Source: an uncultured Gemmatimonadaceae bacterium (GTDB lineage Bacteria > Gemmatimonadota > Gemmatimonadetes > Gemmatimonadales > Gemmatimonadaceae). From it: DNA of 64,000 nucleotides. Shown in pieces: positions 37,436-47,060 of the stretch (within the stretch, counting starts at the first letter, position 1; the number at the start of each line of letters is the position of its first letter). Both the position numbers and the translations under genes were made by a program. The notes beneath the pieces are model-generated. The model searched no databases. It had not been told where the DNA came from and saw only the letters and a list, made by a program, of their open reading frames with translations. The stretch lies in contig CAWAGQ010000007.1 in assembly GCA_963781585.1 (NCBI GenBank), positions 64,001-128,000 on the forward strand. The letters run 5' to 3'.

Positions 37436-40104
37436 GGGAGGCGCCCCCGGCACTGGCCGTGCGACTCTTCCGCGCTCTCCTCCCCGTCGATCTGCGCGAC
37501 GACGCGGTGGACGATCTGGCCGATCAGTACGACGTCCGCCTGGCGACGAGCGGACGCGCGGCGGCGAACCGCTGGTACTGGCGCCAGGTGCCCGTCTTCG
37601 CGCTGCGCCTCCAGATCGCGACGGCACTTCGCGGCCCGCTGACTGCGTCCGGCCCGCGCCGCGCCGCCGACCACCCCAGAGAGCCTGCCATGCGGACGAC
37701 CTTGACCGACCTGCGCTATGGCGCGCGAGCGATGGCCCGGAACCCGGGATTCACGGCGATCGCCGTGCTCACCATGGCGTTAGGCATCGGCGCCACGGCC
37801 GCGATCTTCAGCGTGGTGCGCTCCATCCTGCTTCGTCCGCTGCCGTTCCCGGAGCCGGATCGGATCGTCCAGCTGTGGGAGACCCGTCCCGAGCGCGACA
37901 TGTTCCAGATCTCGTTCACCTACGCGAACTTCTGGGACGTTCACGACATGAACCGGACGCTCGACGCGGTCGGCGCCATTCGCTGGAGCTCGATGAACCT
38001 CACGGGCGCCCAGGAGCCGCTGCGCGTGAGCGTGGCGGGCGTCACCGAGGGGTTCTTTCGCGCCCTTCGCGTCACCCCCGTGATCGGCCGGATCTTCGTT
38101 CGGGGCGACGACGAGCCGGGCAGCGACGCGCGGATCGCGGTGCTGAGTCACAGCTTCTTTACCACGCGCTTCGGCGCTGATCGAGCGACGGTCGGCCGGG
38201 ACATCGTGCTCGACGGGCAGTCCTTCCGCATCATCGGTGTCCTGCCGCCTGGGACGCCGTGGCTCGACGCCGCCCAGGTCTTCGTGCCGTTCGTTCGCCC
38301 CGCCACGCTCAATCGCACCAGCTGGGAGCTTCCGGTCGTTGCCCGGCTTGCCCGCGGCGTCACGCTCGCGGCGGCGAAGGCCGACCTCGACGGGATCGCG
38401 CGCCGGCTCGCCGCGACGTACCCGGAGGCGAAAGGGATGGGCATTGCGGTCGAGGGGACCGACAGCTGGGTCGCGAGCGACAGCCTGCGGCGCGCGCTCT
38501 GGGTGCTGGTGGGAGCCGTGGGCTTCCTGCTGCTGATCGCCTGCGTGAATCTCGCGAACATGCTGCTGGCGCGAGCCACCACCCGCACCCGCGAACGCGC
38601 CACGCGATCGGCGTTAGGCGCCACGCGCGGCCGCATCGTGCAGCTGGCGCTCACCGAGTCGCTCCTGCTGAGCACACTGGGCGCCGCGGTGGGGCTCGCG
38701 CTCGCCTTCGGCGCCGTGCGCGTCTTTCGGACGCTCGACCCCGGCGCCATTCCGCGCCTCGCCGACGCACGCATCGACGGCTGGGTGCTGCTCGTGACCA
38801 TGGTCACGGCCCTGATCACGAGCGTCGTCACCGGACTGATCCCCGTGATGCGGACCCCGTACGCCGACATGGTCACCGCGCTTCGTGAGGCCGATCGCAG
38901 CGTGAAGGGGCACCGCAAGGGCGCCCGATTGCGGCACGCGCTCGTGACCGCCGAGGTCGCGCTCTCGCTCATGCTGCTCGTCGGCGCCGGTCTGCTGGTG
39001 CGGAGCTTCGGCCGCATCCTCGGCGTGGAGCGGGGATTCCGGAGCGACGATCGGGTGATGTTCGACATCGGGTTCCCCAGGGCGCGAACCGACTCGGCGT
39101 CGGCGCGAAGCGGCCAGGTCCTCGCGGACTTTCTGACCCACCTCCGGGCGCGCCCCGCGATCGTGTCGGCTGCGGTGGTGCACCTCCGGCCCCTCGAGGG
39201 ATCCGGTACCGGCATGGGGTTCGGGGCGGTCGACCGGCCGGACGCCACGGGCAAGGAGATTCCGTGGGCGGGATGGCGCGTCATCTCCAACGACTACTTC
39301 AGGACGATGGGCGTCCCGCTGCTCGCCGGGCGCGACTTCACCGGGCAGGACCGGATCGGCAAGCCGTGGAAGGTGATCATCAGCCATCGCATCGCCGAGC
39401 TGCTGTGGCCGGGGCAGAGCGCCATCGGCCACCACATGGCGTTGTGGAAGGGGCAGGGCTTTGATGACGGCGAGGTGGTGGGCGTGGTCGGTGACATGCG
39501 CGACTGGGCGCTCACCGACGATCCCACGTACTCGGTCTATCTCCCCGCGTACGGCTATGGCATGTCGCCGGCGCATGTGGTCGTGCACACGTCGCTGTCG
39601 ACGGGCGTGCTGGTCCCGATGGTCCGCTCGCTGTTGGCCGAGCTGGATCCCACGCTGCCGTTATCCGATGTGCGCACCATGGATGCGTTGGTCGGCGACT
39701 CCGTCGCGTCGCGCCGGTTCACGATGCTCCTGCTGGCGGCGCTCGCGGCGATCGCGTTGGTCCTGGCGCTGGCCGGCATCTACGGTGTGCTGTCGTATGC
39801 GGTGTCGCAACGCCGGTCGGAGATGGGGGTGCGCATGGCGTTAGGCGCCAGCGCCGGCAGCGTGCAGCGGCTGGTGATGGTGCAGGGCATGCGACCCGTG
39901 GTCGTGGGCCTGGTGGTGGGCATCGCGGGTGCCATGGCGCTGTCGCAGGTGATGTCGAGCCTGCTGTTCGGCGTCGCGCCGGGCGACTGGCCGACCTATG
40001 TCGTGGTGGCGATGCTGCTGCTGGGCGCGGCGGCACTCTCGTGCTTTGTGCCGGCCCGCAGCGCGCTGCGCGTGAACCTGTCGGCGGCGCTCCGGGAGGA
40101 GTGA
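37432..40104 (+). CDS. ADOP-family duplicated orphan ABC permease (PadR-coupled)
   Basis: DDLADQY..WYWRQV prefix, [39 protein letters not shown]. Confidence 0.93.
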   Translation: MREAPPALAVRLFRALLPVDLRDDAVDDLADQYDVRLATSGRAAANRWYWRQVPVFALRLQIATALRGPLTASGPRRAADHPREPAMRTTLTDLRYGARAMARNPGFTAIAVLTMALGIGATAAIFSVVRSILLRPLPFPEPDRIVQLWETRPERDMFQISFTYANFWDVHDMNRTLDAVGAIRWSSMNLTGAQEPLRVSVAGVTEGFFRALRVTPVIGRIFVRGDDEPGSDARIAVLSHSFFTTRFGADRATVGRDIVLDGQSFRIIGVLPPGTPWLDAAQVFVPFVRPATLNRTSWELPVVARLARGVTLAAAKADLDGIARRLAATYPEAKGMGIAVEGTDSWVASDSLRRALWVLVGAVGFLLLIACVNLANMLLARATTRTRERATRSALGATRGRIVQLALTESLLLSTLGAAVGLALAFGAVRVFRTLDPGAIPRLADARIDGWVLLVTMVTALITSVVTGLIPVMRTPYADMVTALREADRSVKGHRKGARLRHALVTAEVALSLMLLVGAGLLVRSFGRILGVERGFRSDDRVMFDIGFPRARTDSASARSGQVLADFLTHLRARPAIVSAAVVHLRPLEGSGTGMGFGAVDRPDATGKEIPWAGWRVISNDYFRTMGVPLLAGRDFTGQDRIGKPWKVIISHRIAELLWPGQSAIGHHMALWKGQGFDDGEVVGVVGDMRDWALTDDPTYSVYLPAYGYGMSPAHVVVHTSLSTGVLVPMVRSLLAELDPTLPLSDVRTMDALVGDSVASRRFTMLLLAALAAIALVLALAGIYGVLSYAVSQRRSEMGVRMALGASAGSVQRLVMVQGMRPVVVGLVVGIAGAMALSQVMSSLLFGVAPGDWPTYVVVAMLLLGAAALSCFVPARSALRVNLSAALREE

Positions 40105-40238
40105 GCCCTCCGGCGCACTACGCGTGAAGTAGTGTGCAGGACTGCGTGCTGGCGCTCGGGTCGGCGCCGTTGCCGTGGTCGGCCGCCGCTCATTCGCGTC
40201 GCCGCCCACGCAGGCTCGGCGTTGCGGCGCGCTGCTCC

Positions 40239-40832
40239 TCAGGTCAGCGCCGAGCGCGAGCGCTGCGAGATTGAACTCGCGGGCTGTTCCGCCTCTGGCA
40301 GGCCGTCCAACCCGTCCACCCCGTCCACCCTCTCGAGCTGATCAGGACGCGCTCCCGGCTGATGTGCGTCGGCGCGACGGGCCAGCACGATGGACCCGGC
40401 GGCAACGGCCGCGCCGAACACAGTCGCCCACCGGGCATCGTCCAGGACGAGGCCCCACGCGATCGGGCCATCGCCGAACAGCACGTTCATCGCCTGCAGA
40501 TAGAGCGGCACACCCACTCCCCCGACGACCGCTCCCACGATCGCAAAGCGCACGGGGTTGATGTCGGCCAGCCGTCGGCCCCGATAGCGAAACCGGATCA
40601 CGCTGGAGAACGCGGTTCCGATCACCGCGCCGGCGATCCCGAACCGGACGCCCCAGCCGATCCCGGACAGGATCGCCGCGCCGAGCCGCCCGAGCACCGA
40701 CCCGACCCCCGGACCGGGATTGAACAGGCTGATGGCGGTGGCGATGGCACCCCCGGCCACGGCCCACGCGGCGCCCCAGGTCGCGGCGTTCCGCAGCACG
40801 GCCCACAGACCGCGGAATCTGTTATCGGTCAT
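40239..40832 (-). CDS. Hypothetical membrane protein (about 4 TM)
   Basis: GGAG RBS before ATG 40832; paralog of 31775-32095. Confidence 0.75.
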   Translation of the reverse strand: MTDNRFRGLWAVLRNAATWGAAWAVAGGAIATAISLFNPGPGVGSVLGRLGAAILSGIGWGVRFGIAGAVIGTAFSSVIRFRYRGRRLADINPVRFAIVGAVVGGVGVPLYLQAMNVLFGDGPIAWGLVLDDARWATVFGAAVAAGSIVLARRADAHQPGARPDQLERVDGVDGLDGLPEAEQPASSISQRSRSALT

Positions 40833-40869
40833 CACACTCCTCGGAGGCGTCTCGGCTACCGGGCCGAGG

Positions 40870-40886
40870 GCTTTGTAGCGCAAAGT
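40870..40886. promoter_or_regulatory. ACTTTG-N5-CAAAGT-like box 3
   Basis: Minus strand ACTTTGCGCTACAAAGC, about 38 bp upstream of ATG 40832. Confidence 0.6.
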
Positions 40887-41132
40887 AGCCTCGCGGCCCA
40901 GCGTCGGCAAGCGCCGGCAATGTTCCACCGCGGAGTACCAGGGCCAGACCTTCCCCATCCCCAGCGTGAAGGGGGTCATGTGCACGCCACGCGATCACGT
41001 CACGGTGGTCGGAGAGTTGGGCCGGCACTCGCCCGCCTCCGCGGCGTCGTTCTACTGGCAGAGGGACGGACGGGTGGAAATGTTATGCGGTCCGGACCCG
41101 CGCCTCTGCGACTCCTTCCGCGAGGAAACAAC

Positions 41133-43943
41133 ATGCCGGTTGCCATTGAGCGGACCCGATGCCTGGTCGCCATGCTGTCAGCGGCACTGCTGGCGTCCCA
41201 CAGCGTTGCTCGTGCGCAGTCGCGCGCGCCGTTCGACCAGAGCCTGCTCAAGGGCATTCCGTTCCGGAACCTCGGCCCCTTCCGCATGGGCGCCCGCATC
41301 GCCGACATCGCGGTGCCCGACTCCCCGGCCAGGGCGCACCAGCACACCATGTACGTCGCACCGTGGACGGGCGGAATTTTCAAGACCACAAACAACGGCA
41401 CGACCTGGGCACCGATCTTCGACAACCTGAGCGCGCGCCTAACGGTCGGTGCCATCGCCATCGCCCACACGAATCCGAACGTCGTCTGGGCGGGAACCGG
41501 GGACGCCTTCACGTCGCGCTCGTCATATGCCGGCGACGGCGTCTACAAGTCCACTGATGCGGGGAAGACGTGGACACACCTCGGACTCGACGACACCCAG
41601 CACATCGCGCGAATCGTCGTCGACCCCACCAACGCGGACGTAGTCTTCGTTGCCGCGATGGGACATCTCTATTCCCACAACGACGCGCGCGGCGTCTACA
41701 AGACCATCGATGGCGGCACGCACTGGTCGAAGGTGCTCTACATCAATGACAAGGTCGGGGTTATCGACCTGGTCATGAACCCGGTGAATCCGCGGGTCCT
41801 CTACGCCGCGACGTACGACAAGGTCCGGCTGCCGTGGCAGCTTGTGAGCGGTGGGCCGGAGAGCGCCATTTACAAGACGGTTGACGGCGGCGCGCACTGG
41901 ACTCGGCTGCGCACCGGCTTGCCTTCCGGCCGCATCGGAAGAATCGGGCTGGCGCTCTATCCGAAGAACCCGAGCATCGTCTACGCACTCATCGAGAATT
42001 CCAACCCGCGCCCACCTTCGCAACAGGACAGCGCAGTGGCGCGGCGCACGGGGCAGCCAGCGCGCGAGCGAGAGCAGGGCGGTGAGGTCTATCGCACCGC
42101 CGATGGCGGCGCCACCTGGACGCGGATGTCACCCGACAGCGTGGACGTGAGCAGCAAGGGCCCCTACTACTTCAGCCAGATTCGCGTCGACCCGAACGAC
42201 GATCAGCACATTTTCACCACCGGCGTCTCGCTGGGCAACTCGATCGACGGCGGCCGCAGCTGGCACGACATCGACTGGCCTCCGCGCCGGCTCTTTCCGC
42301 AGAGCTTCGGCGACGTACGCACCGTGTGGGTCGATCCGCGCGATTCCGACCGCCTGATCCTGGGGAGCGACGGCGGGATCTTCCAATCGTACGATGGGGG
42401 AAAGACGTCGGATCATTACGCGAACCTGCCGATCGGCGAGGCCTACACGGTCGCCGTGGACAACGATGAGCCGTACAACGTCTACACCGGGCTCCAGGAC
42501 CACGAGAACTGGAAGGGGAGTTCGAACGGGCCGCATGGCTACACCACCACGTGGGACTGGACCGCGCTGGGCAATGGAGACGGAATCGTCACCGTACCGG
42601 ACCCCACCGACAGTCGCTGGGTCTACACGACGCTGAATTACGGCGGCCACCAGCGGCTCGATCAGAAACTCGGCATGCGACAGAACATCCAGCCGACTCG
42701 CGAGGCAGGCAAGCCGCCCTATCGCTTCATCTGGGATACGCCGCTCATCATCTCGCCGCACCACAGCGAGACCATTTACACGGGCGCGCAGGTGCTGCTC
42801 AAGTCCACCGATCGCGGCGACCATTGGGAGGAGATCAGCCCTGATCTGTCCACCAATCCGACGGACCGGATCATGCCCAATTCAGAAGGTGGCATTCCCG
42901 GGGGGATTCCCTGGTTCGGCATCTCGGCGATCGCCGAATCGCCGGTGACCGCCGGGCTGTTGTGGGTGGGGACGAGCGATGGGAAAGTGCAGATGACCCG
43001 CGACGGTGGTGCGCACTGGACCGATCTCACGGACAAGGTCGCCGAGGCGGGCGGTAGGGCCGACGCGTACGTGAGCCGGGTAGTCGCGTCGGAGCATGGC
43101 GAAGGGACGGCGTACGTGGCCAGGAGCGGCTACAAGCTCGACGACTTTCACTCGTACCTCTACAAGACGACCGATTATGGCGCCACGTGGACGTCGATCA
43201 GCGCCAACCTGCCGATGGAGCCGGTGAACGTAGTGCGCGAGGATCCCGGGAATCCGAGTTTGTTGTTCGCCGGCACCGATGACGGGCTCTATGTGACGAT
43301 CGACGGCGGCGCGCGCTGGGCGCGCATGACGAACATCCCGAACATGCCGGTGCGCGACCTCGCGCTGCAGGGTGCGACGCGCGATCTCGTGGTGGGGAGC
43401 TATGGCCGCGGGATCTTCATCGCCAACATCGCGCCGTTGGAGGAGCTCAACGCGACCACGCTCGCCGAGGACGTGCATCTGTTCCGTGTTCTGCCGACGG
43501 TACAGCGCATCCGGTGGCAGTTCGGGGCCAACGACTACTTGTTTGGCAACCGGAACGTGCAGACGGACAACGAACCTGACGGGATGTCGATCCGGTACTA
43601 CCTCAGGGTTGCGGCAGCCGACAGCGCCATCATCACGGTCGTCGATGCGAAGGGCGCGCAGGTCGCGACGCTCACGGGGCCGGCCAAAGCGGGGCTCAAC
43701 ACGGTCACGTGGAACACGCATCGCGCAACGCGCGGCGGACGAGGTCGCGGCGCGGGTGCGGACTCGAGCACCGGCCGAGGCGGGGGAGGGCGGGGGCGCG
43801 GGAGCCCGCTCGATGCACTGATGCCCGAGGGCGACTACATGGTCACGTTACAGGTGAAGGGGAGGACGCTGATGCAACCAGCCCGGATCACCGGTCCCCA
43901 GGGCTGGTCGATCGGGCCGTTTCCGTCGCGTCCGGAACGTTGA
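41133..43943 (+). CDS. Secreted VPS10/sortilin-like BNR (Asp-box) repeat glycosyl-hydrolase-like protein
   Basis: Signal peptide, FRNLGP, many S/TxDGGxTW Asp-boxes, GSYGRG, C-terminal FlgD-like Ig domain. Confidence 0.9.
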   Translation: MPVAIERTRCLVAMLSAALLASHSVARAQSRAPFDQSLLKGIPFRNLGPFRMGARIADIAVPDSPARAHQHTMYVAPWTGGIFKTTNNGTTWAPIFDNLSARLTVGAIAIAHTNPNVVWAGTGDAFTSRSSYAGDGVYKSTDAGKTWTHLGLDDTQHIARIVVDPTNADVVFVAAMGHLYSHNDARGVYKTIDGGTHWSKVLYINDKVGVIDLVMNPVNPRVLYAATYDKVRLPWQLVSGGPESAIYKTVDGGAHWTRLRTGLPSGRIGRIGLALYPKNPSIVYALIENSNPRPPSQQDSAVARRTGQPAREREQGGEVYRTADGGATWTRMSPDSVDVSSKGPYYFSQIRVDPNDDQHIFTTGVSLGNSIDGGRSWHDIDWPPRRLFPQSFGDVRTVWVDPRDSDRLILGSDGGIFQSYDGGKTSDHYANLPIGEAYTVAVDNDEPYNVYTGLQDHENWKGSSNGPHGYTTTWDWTALGNGDGIVTVPDPTDSRWVYTTLNYGGHQRLDQKLGMRQNIQPTREAGKPPYRFIWDTPLIISPHHSETIYTGAQVLLKSTDRGDHWEEISPDLSTNPTDRIMPNSEGGIPGGIPWFGISAIAESPVTAGLLWVGTSDGKVQMTRDGGAHWTDLTDKVAEAGGRADAYVSRVVASEHGEGTAYVARSGYKLDDFHSYLYKTTDYGATWTSISANLPMEPVNVVREDPGNPSLLFAGTDDGLYVTIDGGARWARMTNIPNMPVRDLALQGATRDLVVGSYGRGIFIANIAPLEELNATTLAEDVHLFRVLPTVQRIRWQFGANDYLFGNRNVQTDNEPDGMSIRYYLRVAAADSAIITVVDAKGAQVATLTGPAKAGLNTVTWNTHRATRGGRGRGAGADSSTGRGGGGRGRGSPLDALMPEGDYMVTLQVKGRTLMQPARITGPQGWSIGPFPSRPER

Positions 43944-44060
43944 GTCGCCTGCCCGTTAATGACCCTCTCCAGCGTGCCGTCCACGCTGACATGATCACCT
44001 GCATCAGCTCACCTTCCGGTAGCCATTCTTCACCGTCAACTCAAGCACGGAGACAGGAAC

Positions 44061-44447
44061 ATGGAACCACTCGTCGCCAGCGACCTTTCCATCGCCATCA
44101 CGGCCAGCGACATGAAGAAGTCGCTCCACTTCTATAGAGAAGGGTTGGGATTCGAGACGATGCGAAGCCGGGAAGATGGCGGCGAGATCGTCTTTGCGGC
44201 GCTCAAGGCGGGCGGCGCCGAGGTGTCGATCGGGCGCGATGACTTCAAGAAGGGCCGCGACCGCGTAAAGGGCGTCGGCATTCGCGTGTGGCTCCGCACC
44301 ACGCAGGACATTGTGGCGGTCGCGAATCGGGTGAAGGCGGCCGGCATTTCGCTCGCGGGCGAACCGGCGCCACTCCCGTGGGGACCGATGGCGTTTCAGC
44401 TCGTGGATCCGGACGGCGTGCAGATCACCGTCGCATCGGCGGGGTGA
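44061..44447 (+). CDS. VOC/glyoxalase family protein
   Basis: SLHFYREGLGF, PWG..FQLVDPDG. Confidence 0.9.
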   Translation: MEPLVASDLSIAITASDMKKSLHFYREGLGFETMRSREDGGEIVFAALKAGGAEVSIGRDDFKKGRDRVKGVGIRVWLRTTQDIVAVANRVKAAGISLAGEPAPLPWGPMAFQLVDPDGVQITVASAG

Positions 44448-44507
44448 CCACGAACCCAAGCCCGCCGCCCTGGGATCAGCAGGCCGCGAACATCCCCATC
44501 GGCCCCG

Positions 44508-45113
44508 CTATCGCGCCCGAATGGCGCGGTAGTCGCTCCAGATCCGCTCGAACAGCGCGCGTGCGTCAATGTGAAGCGGCGTGCGGGCACCGGACGGGAA
44601 CCACGCGAACGCGGAACGCACCGCATCCGGATGCTCCTGGTCCCGGCGCCAGCGTTCAATCAGTCGCGCGTCGACGTCGACCACCCAGTACTCGTCCACC
44701 GGCGACGTCATGTAATAGTCGCGCTTCTCGACGCGGTCGGTCCGGATGCTACTCGGCGAAATGACTTCGACCACGAGCAGCAGCGCGGTGATCTCCGCCC
44801 AGGTGAACCTGTCCTCGCGATCTACGGGCTCGTGACGTGGGACCACGAACACGTCAGGCTGCACAATACTTTCCGGCTGCAGCTGCAGGTCCGCCGGGGA
44901 CGTCAGCACGATCCCCAGGGGCTCTTCCTGCATGTACGTCTGCAGGAGAAACTGCATCGCATTGACCGCGACCTGGTGAATGCCGCCCGGAGCGGGGGTC
45001 ACGATCAGCTCCCCACTGAGCAGCTCGTAGCGCGGCCAGTGTCGCTCCGACTGTTCGATGAGGTTGCGGACCTGGCCGGCGGTCCACCGGCGACGGATTG
45101 CAGGCATGGCCAT
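44508..45113 (-). CDS. Uma2 family PD-(D/E)xK endonuclease
   Basis: RYELLSGELIVTPAP..HQ, VQPDVFV, VVEVISPSS..DRVEKR..Y..EYWVVD. Confidence 0.92.
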   Translation of the reverse strand: MAMPAIRRRWTAGQVRNLIEQSERHWPRYELLSGELIVTPAPGGIHQVAVNAMQFLLQTYMQEEPLGIVLTSPADLQLQPESIVQPDVFVVPRHEPVDREDRFTWAEITALLLVVEVISPSSIRTDRVEKRDYYMTSPVDEYWVVDVDARLIERWRRDQEHPDAVRSAFAWFPSGARTPLHIDARALFERIWSDYRAIRAR

Positions 45114-45245
45114 AGTCTGCTCGGCTCCGTGAAAGAAAAGCAAGGAGGCATGCGACAGCATCGGTCGATGCCTGCGTCGAGCCGTCATCACTGCGTTGCC
45201 GAACGCGGCTTTACAACGCCGCCTTTCATGAGAAAGCGCGTGTCA

Positions 45246-45902
45246 CTACCCGACGTAGGTGTAGGTAAAGCCCTTTTCCTGCGCGCGATTGGTGACGATC
45301 ACGCCTGCGGCAACCACCCGCGCGGTCGGCGTCACGAGATTCGCGCGAAGATCCTCCTCGACATCGGCCGCGTTCAGGCCGGCATCGCGCGCCACCGCGC
45401 GCGCGATGCGTGCGGTGGCCATGCCGCACACGGCCACGATCACGCCTCGCCTGGCGAGATCGTTCGCCGTAGCGGCGTGAGCGTTCTTCACGGCCGGCAC
45501 GCCGCCTTCCATCACCTGCTGCGAAGCGCCCAGCCTGTACTTCGCCCACATCGGGTCGTTGAAGCCGAAGACCGTCGCGAGATGGCGCATACAGACGATT
45601 GTGTTTATGTCGGCATCCTTGAGCTGGTAGACGGGGCCGGTGTTCGCCGTAAGAAAATTGCGCGCGAACGCCCAGCCGGTCGGTCCATTCGCGATGCTGG
45701 TGCAGTCGAAGATGTTCTTGTGCTGGCCGGTGAGATCGTCGAGCCACGCATCTGCCGGATGGGTCTGTCCCCGCGGAGACTGTGCGGCGACCGTTGATGG
45801 AGTGCCGCCGACCCCGCCGATCCCGGCGAGCGCGGCGCCGGCCGCGCCAAGGCGCGCCAGGAAGGAGCGCCTGACGACGGCTTCTCGTTTGGATGGGCTC
45901 AT
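45246..45902 (-). CDS. Tat-signal DsrE-like protein
   Basis: GGAGG RBS; RRSFL Tat motif; DAWLD..H..FD, GVIVAVCGMA, VAAGV..AQEKGFTY. Confidence 0.8.
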   Translation of the reverse strand: MSPSKREAVVRRSFLARLGAAGAALAGIGGVGGTPSTVAAQSPRGQTHPADAWLDDLTGQHKNIFDCTSIANGPTGWAFARNFLTANTGPVYQLKDADINTIVCMRHLATVFGFNDPMWAKYRLGASQQVMEGGVPAVKNAHAATANDLARRGVIVAVCGMATARIARAVARDAGLNAADVEEDLRANLVTPTARVVAAGVIVTNRAQEKGFTYTYVG

Positions 45903-45927
45903 GCTGGTTCCTCCAGGTTGGCGAGCT

Positions 45928-46040
45928 TCAGGGCTTCGTCGTCGACGCCGATCCGTCCGCGTTGATCTCGTACGCAATCCGCCACGGCCGTCGCTGCCCT
46001 TCTTCCAGTGATCCGCAAAGGGGTTGACTGGCTGTGATCT
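45928..46040 (-). pseudogene. C-terminal relic of an NTF2/SnoaL (DUF4440)-like gene, frameshifted
   Basis: PFADHWKKGSDG(R) / frameshift / WRIAYEINADGSASTTKP*; typical WKKxxDGxWRI ending. Confidence 0.5.
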
Positions 46041-46325
46041 ATCCGCTGCTTCGTGACGTCGGGCTGCGGTCGCCACGTCGCAGGTCGACCCGCGCGAAAG
46101 GGGCACTCCAACGTACTCCCAACCGGCAGCGCGTTCCAGATCGCCCGGAGTCGATCGCCCCGCGCAGGTCGTCGATCGGCGCTTCCGAAAGCACCGGCGG
46201 CATCACCAGAACTCAGGCCGGCCGCGTTACCGCTGGCGGAAATTGATGGGAACTGCATATTGATGATGTCTGATCGCTTGTTGTCGAAAGCGCTTCTCCT
46301 TCACCACCGTCCACATGAGGGCTTT

Positions 46326-46793
46326 ATGCGCAGAGTCGCCCTATTGATTGCAGCCGCATCCCTCGCCGCGTGCGCGAAGACCGAAACGGCGAAAACCGAC
46401 TCCGCGGCCATGGCTGCTCCACCCTCACCGCCGGCCCTCTCGGCGGCCGATGTCGCCGGAACGATGAACGGCCAGGTCATGGCGCAGAACTCCGATTCCG
46501 TGCTGGACCACTTTTCCTGCATGACAGCGCCCACGGGGAACGAGTCCAGGTGCGTAGGCCAGAGCGCGCCCAAGGACACGACGGTTTACACCTATACGCT
46601 CAGCGCCGACAGCGTCATGTGGACGTCCGCGCCGTACGCGCCGCCGACACCCCCCAAGAGCCCGGAACTCATTGATCACGTCGTCGGTCGGCTGTCCGGC
46701 GGCACGTGGACCGGAACGGTGGTCTCGGTGCTGGCAGCGAAGCCGGATTCGGTGGTCATGCGCGCGCGGTGGCAGGCCACGAAGGCTCCGTAG
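46326..46793 (+). CDS. Hypothetical lipoprotein
   Basis: GAGG RBS, MRRVALLIAAASLAAC lipobox. Confidence 0.8.
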   Translation: MRRVALLIAAASLAACAKTETAKTDSAAMAAPPSPPALSAADVAGTMNGQVMAQNSDSVLDHFSCMTAPTGNESRCVGQSAPKDTTVYTYTLSADSVMWTSAPYAPPTPPKSPELIDHVVGRLSGGTWTGTVVSVLAAKPDSVVMRARWQATKAP

Positions 46794-46818
46794 ACCGGAG
46801 CTGGCTGCGCCGGAAGCG

Positions 46819-46852
46819 AAGGGGGCCGCTCCGTTAGGCGGCCCCTCTTTGT
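46819..46852 (+). terminator. Rho-independent terminator
   Basis: GGGGCCGC(T)..(G)GCGGCCCC stem followed by TCTTTGT, 25 bp after the lipoprotein stop. Confidence 0.7.
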
Positions 46853-47060
46853 GCAGGGGCCGGTGGCGGTCTCTTCCAGCCACAGGATGACTTGACCCGC
46901 GCTCACCCTGTACCCCCTCGACCGGCCAGCTACCCACTGGGGCCCCCGAGGGATGCGCACCCCCTTCCAACGTCCCATCTTCCCTGAACGTCATCCAGTA
47001 GGGAAACCGCCTCACGGCCGACCCTGGACCAACCCTCGCCCCACCCCGCAGGAGCCCACG

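Noticed and set aside
40305..40335. Short tandem CCCGTCCA(A/C) x3 in the membrane protein's 3' end
   Set aside because: It is a 9-bp slippage repeat encoding a low-complexity tail (VDGVDGLDG) and is too short to interpret.
40362..41132. N-terminal 257-aa extension of the BNR protein in the ORF track
   Set aside because: It overlaps the minus-strand membrane gene. The RBS and signal peptide point to ATG 41133.
43985..44008. GCTGA-N14-TCAGC upstream of the VOC gene as a WYL/YafY-type operator
   Set aside because: The arms are only 5 bp and there is no such regulator in the window, so it could be chance.
46030..46320. Possible riboswitch or ncRNA in the long divergent intergenic region
   Set aside because: I recognised no aptamer consensus. 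An Rfam scan would be needed.
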